Shown piece after piece: positions 54,919-63,958 of a DNA stretch of 64,000 nt. Within the stretch, counting starts at the first letter, position 1. Every line of letters begins with the position of its first letter. This DNA is from Candidatus Marinacidobacterium sp. (GTDB taxonomy: Bacteria; Acidobacteriota; Vicinamibacteria; Marinacidobacterales; Marinacidobacteraceae). A program made the position numbers and the translations under genes. The notes below the pieces were generated by a model. That model made no database searches. It was given only the letters and a program-made list of their open reading frames with translations, and was not told the origin of the DNA. Where the stretch lies: the NCBI GenBank assembly GCA_965204755.1, contig OZ242011.1, forward strand, positions 1 through 64,000, given 5' to 3'.

Positions 54919-55830
54919 CTAGTAGTCCGCCAGGTAGCGGCACAGTTTCGGCCCCAGCCGCCGGGAGACCGCGCCGGGCAGGGCGCGAAAGACGCGCCTC
55001 GCCGGGGCGTACTTCCGGTAGAGGTTCGCCGGCCGGTCGGCGAGCCGGGACACCGGCGTGGGCGACGCCCCGAAACTCGCCTTGAACCGGAAGGAGCCGC
55101 TCCCCGGGGCGCAACTCCCCCAGTCCAGCACCTCGGCGCCGGCCCTCGCGGCCTCTTCGACCATGGCCCAGGACAGCAGGTGGCCGGGTCGGTCGGGACT
55201 CCGCCGCGCCCCTCCCCACGGCACGAACGCGAGCGGGCCGTCCGGGAGCCAAAGCAGGGCCGCGGCGACCTCCCCCCGCCTCGTCCGGACCACCAGGATC
55301 CGCCCTCCCATCTCGCGGACCGCCGCCGCGAAGAGCCTCTCCGGAGGCGCCGGCGCCCCGTTCCGGGCGAGCGCGAGCCGCGCCATCGCGACGAGCGCGG
55401 CCACCGCCTCCGGCCCGGACTCCTCGCCGACCGCGCATCCGGCGCGGCGCGCGCGGCGCACGGCCAGCCGGGCGTTCCGTCCCACCCCGGCCTTCCAGAC
55501 GGCGGAGGGGTCCCCGCCGAACGAGGCCAGGTCCAGCCGCATCACCACCCGCGGCCCCGGCCCCGGCCCCGCCTCCCCGCCGAGGCGCCCGAGCACGCGG
55601 ATGTTGAAGGCCCGCCCCCGCGCCTCCCGAGCGAGGGCCTCCGCTTCGGGGGGCGCGAGGTCGGTGTAGCCGAGGCCGGGGAGGTAGGAGAGGACCGGCG
55701 GGCCGAGGAGCGACGGCACCGCCGCGAACGGCCCCTCCCGCCGCCAGCGGTACGCCGAGCAATAGACCTCCCGCCAGGCGGCGACGAACTCCGCCCCGTG
55801 TCCGGCGGACGCCGGCCGGACTCCGCTCAC
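54919..55830 (-). CDS. FemAB-like GNAT acyl/aminoacyltransferase (paralog 1)
   Basis: FVAAWR.VY, YLPGL, FNIRVLG, DWG....G.G...FK..FGA, LCRYLADY; clearly paralogous to the next gene. Confidence 0.78.
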   Translation of the reverse strand: MSGVRPASAGHGAEFVAAWREVYCSAYRWRREGPFAAVPSLLGPPVLSYLPGLGYTDLAPPEAEALAREARGRAFNIRVLGRLGGEAGPGPGPRVVMRLDLASFGGDPSAVWKAGVGRNARLAVRRARRAGCAVGEESGPEAVAALVAMARLALARNGAPAPPERLFAAAVREMGGRILVVRTRRGEVAAALLWLPDGPLAFVPWGGARRSPDRPGHLLSWAMVEEAARAGAEVLDWGSCAPGSGSFRFKASFGASPTPVSRLADRPANLYRKYAPARRVFRALPGAVSRRLGPKLCRYLADY

Positions 55831-56669
55831 CGGCCGGCCCCGAGGAGTCGTTCGTGGCACTCGGTCATCGTCGAGAAACGGTAGCCCCGCCCGGCGAGGC
55901 GCTCCCGCATCTCCGGGAAGTCCGCGAACCCGCGCTGGCCCCGGCGCGAAAGGAGTTGCGCCGCCTTCAGCCAGAGCGGGCCCGGGGAGCGGCCGATCCG
56001 GCCGTCCGGGACCAGGTCCACCAGGTGCATCGCGTAGATCAGGAGGTCGGGCAGTCCGGCGGCGGCGTGGAGCCAGGACTCGACCCGCCGCCCCATCAGG
56101 CAGCGGTACGGCTGCGTGAAGGGAATCCCGGGGCGGCGCCAACTCGCCACCGGCAGTTCCGCCAGCGTTTCGTCGAGGACGAACCAGTCCGCGCTGCGGA
56201 AGACCCGCTCCCGGCGCGCGCCGTGCCCGATGCCGGGGAGGATCGAGGAGTCCCAGGCGAAGCCCAGGGAGCGGAGCGCCCCGAAGACCTCCTCGGTGAG
56301 ACCGTAGTTCTTCGCCCGGTAGCCGAGCGGCGCCCTCCCGAGGAACCGGGAATAGACCGAGGCGCTCTCGGCGAGACTCGCGGCGTCGTCGCCCGGCGCC
56401 CGGTGGTCGTAGCAGTGGAGGTGGAGGTCCGCCCCCGACTCGGCCAGGCCCTCCACCAGGTCGGGGCGCTCCCGGAACAGCCGGCCCTCGACGAACGCCG
56501 AGAGCGGCAGGCCGGCGCCCCGGACGGCGGCCACGACTTCGGGCAACCGGTCGAGCGCCTCGGTCCCGTCGCCGCCGTAGTCGTATTCCACATCCATGGT
56601 GAGGACCGCGATCCGGCCCGGGGACCGCCGCCCTTCGATCCTATGGGCCGCCGTCTCGAACTTCGGCAT
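55827..56669 (-). CDS. Polysaccharide deacetylase family protein
   Basis: LT.DVE.D, FV.G, LH.YDH, GYRA..Y, G..WDSS, E.PV, YAMH..D. Confidence 0.82.
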   Translation of the reverse strand: MPKFETAAHRIEGRRSPGRIAVLTMDVEYDYGGDGTEALDRLPEVVAAVRGAGLPLSAFVEGRLFRERPDLVEGLAESGADLHLHCYDHRAPGDDAASLAESASVYSRFLGRAPLGYRAKNYGLTEEVFGALRSLGFAWDSSILPGIGHGARRERVFRSADWFVLDETLAELPVASWRRPGIPFTQPYRCLMGRRVESWLHAAAGLPDLLIYAMHLVDLVPDGRIGRSPGPLWLKAAQLLSRRGQRGFADFPEMRERLAGRGYRFSTMTECHERLLGAGR

Positions 56670-57042
56670 CGCCGCGCCTCCGGCGTCCGCGCTCCTCGGC
56701 CAGTTCGTCCTGCAGCAGGGCCACTTCCTGGGTCAGGTTCTTGATGCGGAGCGAGAACTCGCTGACCTTCACCGACAGTTGGAGGATCAGCAGCGCGCAC
56801 ATCAGGATGCCGACCGCGATCACCACGGTTACGGAATCCCCGATCTCCGCCCACTCGGCGAAGGCGGCCACCGGCGCGAGCCACAGCCGGTAGGTCATGA
56901 AGACGAACGCCATCAGGATCCACAGCGCGGCGTAGCGCTCCTGCAGGAGGTCGCGGCGGATGAGTTCGAGCACCGCGGCGAGGAGGGCGAGTCCGACGAG
57001 GAGCGCCGACCAGGAATGGACCGGGGGGATCGCCTCAGCCAT
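56641..57042 (-). CDS. DUF2304-family membrane protein
   Basis: ELIRR..L.ERYA.LW, LSV.VS....IK.L.QE.ALL; directly follows a DPM-like GT2. Confidence 0.85.
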   Translation of the reverse strand: MAEAIPPVHSWSALLVGLALLAAVLELIRRDLLQERYAALWILMAFVFMTYRLWLAPVAAFAEWAEIGDSVTVVIAVGILMCALLILQLSVKVSEFSLRIKNLTQEVALLQDELAEERGRRRRGDAEVRDGGP

Positions 57043-57784
57043 GGACGCCGCGCTCCTCGACCGGGCGCAGCCGGGAAACGAACAGCGACACCACCACCTT
57101 GAACATGTACCAGAGCGGCGCGAACCCCCGGTGGAGTTGTCCGCCGGTCTCGTTGAAATACATGTACACCGGGACTTCGCCGAGCCGGTAGCCGCTGCGG
57201 AGCAGCGAGAACACCACATCGGCGTCCGGGAAGTCGTAGGGGCGCCGGTCGCGGACCATGAACTCCAGGCAGTCGCGGTTCATGGCCAGGCAGCCGGAAG
57301 TCGGGTCGGTGACCCGGGCGCCGGTCATCAGCCGGAGGAGGAGCCGGAACAGCCGGATGCCGGCCCGCCGCGGGGCGGTCCCCCGGTAGAGCCGGCCCGC
57401 CGGCGGGAACGGTTCGAGCGCCGCCGGCAGGAACCGGGAGCCGATCACCAGGTCCCGGTCGGCGAGGGCGGCCTCCAGCCGGGGGAGGAACCGGGGGTCG
57501 TGCTGGCCGTCGCCGTCGAGTTGCAGCAGGCGCCGGTACCCGCGGGCCAGTGCGTACTTGTAGCCGGTCTGGACGGCGGCGCCGTAGCCGAGCCGAGCCG
57601 GGTGGCGCAGCGTCCGGACGCCGCGGCGGGCGAGGATCGCCGGGGAGTCGTCGGTGGAGGCGTCGTCGATCGCGACGAGGTCGTAACCCTCCCGCCGGGT
57701 GACTTCGAGCAGGGCGGCGAGGAGGCCCGGAAGCCGCGGCGCCTCGTTCCGCACGGGGAAGACGACGAGGACCGGCGGCGTCAT
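57035..57784 (-). CDS. GT2 polyprenol-phosphate glycosyltransferase (DPM synthase-like)
   Basis: P..NE, IDD.STD, LG.GAAVQTGY.YA, Q.DGDGQHDP, D.VIGSRF, TDPTSG, EVPV.M. Confidence 0.9.
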   Translation of the reverse strand: MTPPVLVVFPVRNEAPRLPGLLAALLEVTRREGYDLVAIDDASTDDSPAILARRGVRTLRHPARLGYGAAVQTGYKYALARGYRRLLQLDGDGQHDPRFLPRLEAALADRDLVIGSRFLPAALEPFPPAGRLYRGTAPRRAGIRLFRLLLRLMTGARVTDPTSGCLAMNRDCLEFMVRDRRPYDFPDADVVFSLLRSGYRLGEVPVYMYFNETGGQLHRGFAPLWYMFKVVVSLFVSRLRPVEERGVHG

Positions 57785-57792
57785 CGGGAACG

Positions 57793-57855
57793 GGAATTCA
57801 AGAGGAATTCAGGGGGAATTCGGGGGGAATTCAGCGGGAATTCGGGAGGAATTCA
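57793..57855. repeat. Six GAATTC palindromes at an exact 11-bp period in the GT2 leader
   Basis: GAATTC at 57794, 57805, 57816, 57827, 57838 and 57849. Confidence 0.92.
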
Positions 57856-57957
57856 GGGAACGCGCCGCCGGGAGCGCAGCCGTCGGGCGGGGCCGCGCCG
57901 CGGGGCCGATCGGCGGCGAAACGGGAAATCCTAGTCTCCGGCCCGGCGGGCGCCGCG

Positions 57958-60551
57958 TTATTCGGGCAGCGTCAGGGACACGCTCCAGAGGTCGCCGGCG
58001 CCGGGGACCCACTGTCCGGCGCGGAGGCGGCCCGTCCGGGGCGGAAGCCGGGCGACCGCCACGCAGGCCCCGTCCACGGTCGCCCCGCGCGTCTCGAAAC
58101 GGAAGTCGCGGTTCTCGAATCCGGCCGGGCGGCGGGCGTCGGGAAGGCTCACCCGGGCCCGCGGATAGAGGTGGAGGAAGAACCCCGCCTGCGTGTCCTC
58201 CGGCGAACACGAGGGCCGGTGGAAGATGAGGCGCCGGCCAGGGCCGCCTTGGGCGGCGGGGACCTCGTCCAGGTAGAGATCGAAGACCGAGCGGGCGGCG
58301 GGCTCGCCGGAGACGGCGAAGGCGGCGGCGCTTCGCAGGGCCTCCCCGTCGAAGCGCGCCTCCCCTCGCCAGAGCGTCGCGCCTCCCGGAATCCACTGTC
58401 CGGTGCTCAAGTGCGAGACCCGGAACTCCGGCAGCGGAACCATCGCGACGCAGGCGGCGCCGAGGAACACGCCCCGTTCCGGGAACGGGAAGTCCCGGTT
58501 CAGGAACCCGGGCGGCTCGGCGGCCGGGGGAGCGCCTCGCGCTCCGCCCGCAGCGCGTCGGCGTCGAAGTCGCCCCGGTACGGTCGGCCCTCGAAGGCTC
58601 CGGGGAGCGCGTCGGGGTCCTCCGGGTGGAAGTGGAGGAAGAACGGCGCCGGGAGGTCGTCCGTCGGGCAGGGCTCGGCGAAGTACGCGACCTCGTCCCC
58701 CAGGCGGTACAGGTCGAAGTTCGAGCGGAAGAGCGGCGCCCCCGCGGCCCCGGCGGTGATCGCGTCGTACGCCTCCCGGAAGCGGTCGGGGCGCGGCGGC
58801 GCCCCGCGCGCCACTTCGTACGCCGCGCCGTCGGCGAACCGGGCGATCGGCCGGAGGGCGGGCGCCGTCTCGAGGGGCGGCGGAGGGGCGTGGGGGTAGT
58901 AGCCGTTGATCCGGTCTTGTATCCACACGATCCAACTGCCGTCGGGAGGGCCCGGCGCGCCTTCCGGCGCTCCCCCGCCCCGGGCGCCCTCCGGCCCGGC
59001 GTCCGGGCCACGGAGGGCGGGCGGTGCGGGCGGGGCGGCGAACCACTCCTCGAACCGGCGCTGCGGCGAATCCACCTCGCCGCGCCGGATCCGGACCTCC
59101 GGCGCCGGGAAGAACGGCAGGTACCGGTACCGGGCGCGCGGCCCCGTCGCGGAGTAGGCGAGGAGGGGTTCGTTCGAGTAGAGGATGTCCGGCAGCCGGT
59201 CAGGCAGCCGGGCCGACAGGCGGGCCCGGGCCCGGAGGAACGCGAGGATCTCGGAGTTCCGCCAGACCTCCGCCCGGATTCCGCGGTCGAGCCCGGCGTC
59301 CTCCGCGTTCGCGCGGCGGATGGCGCGCGCGCCGGGGGCGGCCTGGCCGAACAACCAGGCCGACAGGAGTCCGGCGAGCAAGCCGGGAAGGAGGCGCCGG
59401 CGGCGCCGGGAGATCCCGCTCCGGGCCCGCTCGGCCCGCAGCAGCCGGTCGCACCCCGCCGCGACCACCACCACGAAGACGACGAAGAGCGGCGTCAGGA
59501 AGCGGACCTTCAGCCCGGAGAGGGTCCCGCCGCCGCCCACGCTCAGCATCACGAACGCGTAGTGCAGGAGGCCGAACGCGCCGAACAGCGCCGCCGGGGA
59601 CCGGACCGGGCGCCCCCCGGAGGCCGCATCGGCGCCCGGCGGCTGGCCGAGGGGAGAACGCGCCGGAGAGCCGCCGGCGAAGAAAGCGGCGAGGCAGGCC
59701 GCGAGGGCGGCCGCGGAGAGCGTGAGGAAGCCGAAGTCGAACTCCAGCCAGCGGGCGAGGTCGCCGAGGCCGTCCCGGAAGAGGTCCCCGAGGTCGTAGT
59801 AACCCGGGCGGCGCCGGTGCCCGGTGAGCATCCCGGTGTGCAAGTGGTTCCGCAGCAGCCAGAGCGCCATCGGCGCCGAGGCCAAGGCCAGGAAGGCGGC
59901 GCACCGCCGGGCGCGCCGGCCGAACGGCGCTCCCTTCGTCAGCAGGAGCGCCCCCGCCGCCGCGGCGACGGCCGCCGCTCCGGGGTATCTCGCGAGCCAG
60001 GCGAGCGCCCCGAATCCGGCGGCGGCGGCCAGGCGCCGGCGGCCGCCGCCCTCCAGGTACCGGTCCGTCGAGACCAGCGTCAGGACGGCGAACAGGATGC
60101 ACAGCGGATCGGAGAGCCCCCGGGACGCCAGGTCGGCGAGCGGCAGCGAGAGCGCCAGCGCCGCCGGCGCCCAGAGCCGGAGGAAACCGGATTCGAGACG
60201 GCGGTCGAGATGGCGCCCGACCACGAAGACGGTGAGCCCCAGCGCCAGGGCGCCGAGCGGCCCGGCGACCGCCTCCGGGTCGAGCCCGAACAGGCCGAAC
60301 GCCGCGAGCGCGAGCGGATACAGCGGCGGCCACAGGGTGGAGGGCGTCCCGTCCACATCCGCGAACCCCTCCCCGGCCAGCAGGTGGCGGGCGATGGCGA
60401 GGTAGTTGATGCCGTCGTGCGACAGCGCCGCGCCGTGCGCCGCCTGGCGGGCGAGCGCGAGCCCGGCCGCCAGCGCGGACAGGGCGGCGATGACCGCGGT
60501 GGAACCGCCGGGGCGCCGGCCGGGTTCGATCCGGAGGGGCGGCCCGCTCAC
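57958..60551 (-). pseudogene. GT-C-like membrane protein with two repeat domains, split by a frameshift near 58526-58530
   Basis: 58500-60551 is paralogous to 50411-52909 and stops mid-domain; the domain continues (GFLNRDF...TGQW plus a second copy) in another frame to 57958. Confidence 0.72.
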
Positions 60552-63500
60552 GGCGCCCCGCCGTCACCGGCGCCGGGGGCCGGAGGGGCGAATTCCGCGC
60601 GCCAGACCGGGTCGTAGGACGCGTCGGGATTGCGGAAGGAACGTCCGACGACCACGGAACGGACCGGGTACTCCGGGAAGCGGACGCCGGCCGCGCAGCG
60701 CGCGCCCCGCTCCCAGGCGCGGTCGGCGAACCGGAACGACCGGTTCTCGAAACCGTGGGGCTTGCGCCGGGGCGGCAGGTCGTCCGGATCCTCGGGGAAC
60801 AGGTGCGCGATGAAGGTTCCTTCGAGGTGCTCCGGACGGCAGTCGTCCTTCACGAACAGCAGCCGCCCGCCTCCGAGATGGACATCGAATTCCGAACGCG
60901 CCAGCGGCGCTCCCGCCGCCTCGATCAGGCCGTCGAGTTCCCCGTCGTAGGCGGCGCGGTGGTAGAGGAAGACGACTTCGTTGCCCGGCGTCAGCAGCGC
61001 CGGGGAGGGATTCCCGGCCCCCTCGCCCGACCGCCCGCCGGACGGGTCGCCCAACGGGTCGGCGGGCGCGCGTCCCGGATCCCCCAGGTCCGGTCCGGCG
61101 CCCGCCGCCACCACGAACTCCGCCAGGGCGCGCCGGGCCGGGTCCGTAATCGGGATCGCTTCGCCGAGCAGGTACTCGGCGCGCGCGCCCGCCACCGTCC
61201 CGCCCCCGACCGGGAGCGGCGCGAGGAACACGGTCCGCTCCGCCCGCCCGCGCAAGACGCGGCGGATCCTCCCGAAGTCCTCCCGGAGGCGGGCGTTCGC
61301 GGTTCGGGACGCCTCCCGCGCCTCCCGGTCGGGCGCCCCCCGGTCGGACTCCCGGTCGGACACCCGGTCGGACACCCGGCCCCCGCCGGGGAAGACCGCC
61401 CAACTGCCCGCCGTGAGGATCACCGCCGCTCCCGCCGCCGCCACCGCCGGCCTCGGCCAGCGCCGGCAGAGGAGGAGCAGCCCCGAAGCGAAGCCGGCGA
61501 GCGGGACCGCCGCCGTCAGGAGCGCCGCCGCCTCCGGAGGCGCTCCGGCGCCGAACCCGAGCGCCGCGCCGAGACCGGAGAGCGCGAGCGCCAGCAGCGG
61601 AAACGACCGCGCCGCCACCCCCCCGGCGATGCCGAGGGCCGCGAGGAGGGCGCCGGCCAGGGCGGCGGCGGTCCCCGCCCCTTCGCCCGCCGAAGCGCCG
61701 CCGCCGAACGCCCCGAAGGGGAGGAAGCCCGCGCCCGCCCGGCGGAGCCCCTCCGCCGCCGCGCCCCACGGCGTTCCCGTCTCGCCGCCGCCGGGGGTCC
61801 CCGCGGCCGCGCCGACCGCGGCCGCGGCCACGGAGACCGCCAGACCGAACGCTCCGAGCGCCAGGTACGGACTGGCGATCGGACTTCCCCGAAGGGTGAC
61901 CGCCGGGAAGGGCGAAAGGAAGCGCCCGACCCCGGCGCCCCCGCCGTTCCCCAGCGCCCCCGGCGCCCCCGCCGCCCGCCGACGACGGCGCCGTTCGCCC
62001 AGGAGTCCCAGCGCCGCGAACGGCGCGAGCAGCGTCCAGGCCGGCAGGCCGAGCAGCAGGGCCAGGCCGCTCTTCGCAAGCAACTGCCGGAACTTCGCCT
62101 CGTCGAGGAACACCGTGATCCCGTGGAACAGCAGGAAAGTCCCGAAGGCCTGCGGCGCCCCCTCGACCGTCACCGTGTCCGCGCCGGCGGCCGCGCCTCC
62201 GCCGAAGGCGAGGAAGACCGCGCCGAGCGCGATCCAGCGGCCCGCGCCGCGATGCCGAGGCAACGAAAGCGCGAGGATTCGGACGAGGGACAGGTAGGCG
62301 AGGAGCGCCGCGGCGCACAGGAGCGCCAGCATGGAGGCGCGCGCCGCCGTGACCCCGGCCCCGGGGTCGTCGCCGAAGTGGCGGAGGCCGGCGGCGAGGA
62401 GGGAATCGAAGGCGAAGGAGCCGCCGGGGACGCCCTCGTAGGTCAACCGCCCCTCGGCGTCCGCCGCCGGCCGGTGGCCGCGGAAGAGTCCGAGGCCGGG
62501 AGGGGGGCCGTGGGTGTCCGACCGGAGGGAGACCGGGGAGTCGTCCGACGATCGGCCGACGGCGCGGGCGAGGGTCTTCGCGCTCCCCCCGTCGTTCGCC
62601 AGCGGCCGATCGAACCTCCCCTCCGCGGCGAAGACCGCGAAGAGGGCCGCGAAACCGAGGAGGAGCGCCAGGAGCGGCGCCGCCGCCGCCCTCCGGACGC
62701 GCGCCCGCCGCTCCAGCCACCGCCATCCGGCGCCGAGGCGGAGGCGGACGCCGAGATCCCCGAGCAGCCGCCGCGTGAGGTCGAAGAGGACCGCGAGCAG
62801 CACGGCCGCCGCCCAGCCGAGCGGCGCCTCCCACCAGTGGAACGAAGAGTTGGCGTACGCCGTGAGGGAGGCCGCCCCGACGGCCACCGGGACATACCAG
62901 AGCCTCGGACGGTAGAAGGCGAGCACGATCGAGAGGACATCCGCCGGGAAGAAGAACCGGTCGAGCATCTTCGGCAGGAAGAAGGGGGTGAGCAGCGCCG
63001 ATAGAAGCGCCAGGAACACCACCCTCTCCCGGGTCATTTCGAAGCGGCGGCTCTCCAGCAGGCGGCGGACGCCGTGGACGAGCGCCAGGGTGAGCAGGAC
63101 GCCGGCCGGCCACCAGCGGTAGTGGTCGTTCGAGATCCACTGGTAGAGGTTCGGGGCCTTGCTGGTGAGTTCCGAGTAGGTGCCGGCCTGGCGGACGAAG
63201 ACCGAGAGGAGGGCGGCCGGCGACCCGCCGGCGGCCCACGCCGGAACCAGCGCCGCCAGGAGGACGGCGGGAACCGGCCAGAAGGAGCGGGCGCCGACGG
63301 CCTTCTTCGCCCGGAGCCAGTAGAAGAGGGGCGCGAGGAACACCGCCTGCGCCTTGAACGCGAACGCCAGCCCGAACGCCGCGGCCGCCCGCGCCGGCCG
63401 ACCGCGCAGCAGCCCGAGGAGGCACGCCAGCAGGAACGCCGTGTAGAGCGCGTCCACCTGGCTCCACCGGGCGCTGTTGAGCACCACCGTGGGGGCGAGC

Positions 63501-63958
63501 GCCACCGCGCCGGCGGCCAGGAGGGGCAGCGTCCGGGCGCCCGGATACCGGAGCCGGACGCACCGGTAGGAGAACAGCGCCAGCAGGAAGTCGCCGAGGA
63601 ACGAGATCCCCTTCGCCGCGAACAGCGCCGGCGCGGACGGGAAGAAGTACGCCGCCGCGGTGAGCAGGTACAGGTAGGGAGGGTTGTAGAACGCGAAGTC
63701 GTACTGCCAGGAGCGGAAGTACCCGTTGGCGGCGATGAAGTCGTACCAGACGCTGTAGGCGTGGGTGAAGTCGTTGGATTCGTGGGGCAGGAACGGATAG
63801 CGGACCGCCAGCGCGGCGACGACCAGCGCGGCGGCGAGACCGATCTCCCGGTGTCTCCAGGGGGCCCTTCCCGCCCCCCGGCCTGCCGGCGGCGGGCGGT
63901 CGGGAGTCGGCGGGCGCCCGCCGGGCCCCCCGGAAGGTTCGAGGGCGGCCGCGCTCAT
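60548..63958 (-). CDS. Large GT-C-like (GT87/mannosyltransferase-like) membrane protein with a second membrane region and a C-terminal repeat domain
   Basis: D......WY, YNPPYLYLL, W.Q.DA.Y, FK.QA.F..P, APNLY, PFFLP.M..RFF; C-terminal FDVH...C...F..HLFP...LP..R..HGFEN..F.F...C. Confidence 0.75.
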   Translation of the reverse strand: MSAAALEPSGGPGGRPPTPDRPPPAGRGAGRAPWRHREIGLAAALVVAALAVRYPFLPHESNDFTHAYSVWYDFIAANGYFRSWQYDFAFYNPPYLYLLTAAAYFFPSAPALFAAKGISFLGDFLLALFSYRCVRLRYPGARTLPLLAAGAVALAPTVVLNSARWSQVDALYTAFLLACLLGLLRGRPARAAAAFGLAFAFKAQAVFLAPLFYWLRAKKAVGARSFWPVPAVLLAALVPAWAAGGSPAALLSVFVRQAGTYSELTSKAPNLYQWISNDHYRWWPAGVLLTLALVHGVRRLLESRRFEMTRERVVFLALLSALLTPFFLPKMLDRFFFPADVLSIVLAFYRPRLWYVPVAVGAASLTAYANSSFHWWEAPLGWAAAVLLAVLFDLTRRLLGDLGVRLRLGAGWRWLERRARVRRAAAAPLLALLLGFAALFAVFAAEGRFDRPLANDGGSAKTLARAVGRSSDDSPVSLRSDTHGPPPGLGLFRGHRPAADAEGRLTYEGVPGGSFAFDSLLAAGLRHFGDDPGAGVTAARASMLALLCAAALLAYLSLVRILALSLPRHRGAGRWIALGAVFLAFGGGAAAGADTVTVEGAPQAFGTFLLFHGITVFLDEAKFRQLLAKSGLALLLGLPAWTLLAPFAALGLLGERRRRRRAAGAPGALGNGGGAGVGRFLSPFPAVTLRGSPIASPYLALGAFGLAVSVAAAAVGAAAGTPGGGETGTPWGAAAEGLRRAGAGFLPFGAFGGGASAGEGAGTAAALAGALLAALGIAGGVAARSFPLLALALSGLGAALGFGAGAPPEAAALLTAAVPLAGFASGLLLLCRRWPRPAVAAAGAAVILTAGSWAVFPGGGRVSDRVSDRESDRGAPDREAREASRTANARLREDFGRIRRVLRGRAERTVFLAPLPVGGGTVAGARAEYLLGEAIPITDPARRALAEFVVAAGAGPDLGDPGRAPADPLGDPSGGRSGEGAGNPSPALLTPGNEVVFLYHRAAYDGELDGLIEAAGAPLARSEFDVHLGGGRLLFVKDDCRPEHLEGTFIAHLFPEDPDDLPPRRKPHGFENRSFRFADRAWERGARCAAGVRFPEYPVRSVVVGRSFRNPDASYDPVWRAEFAPPAPGAGDGGAP

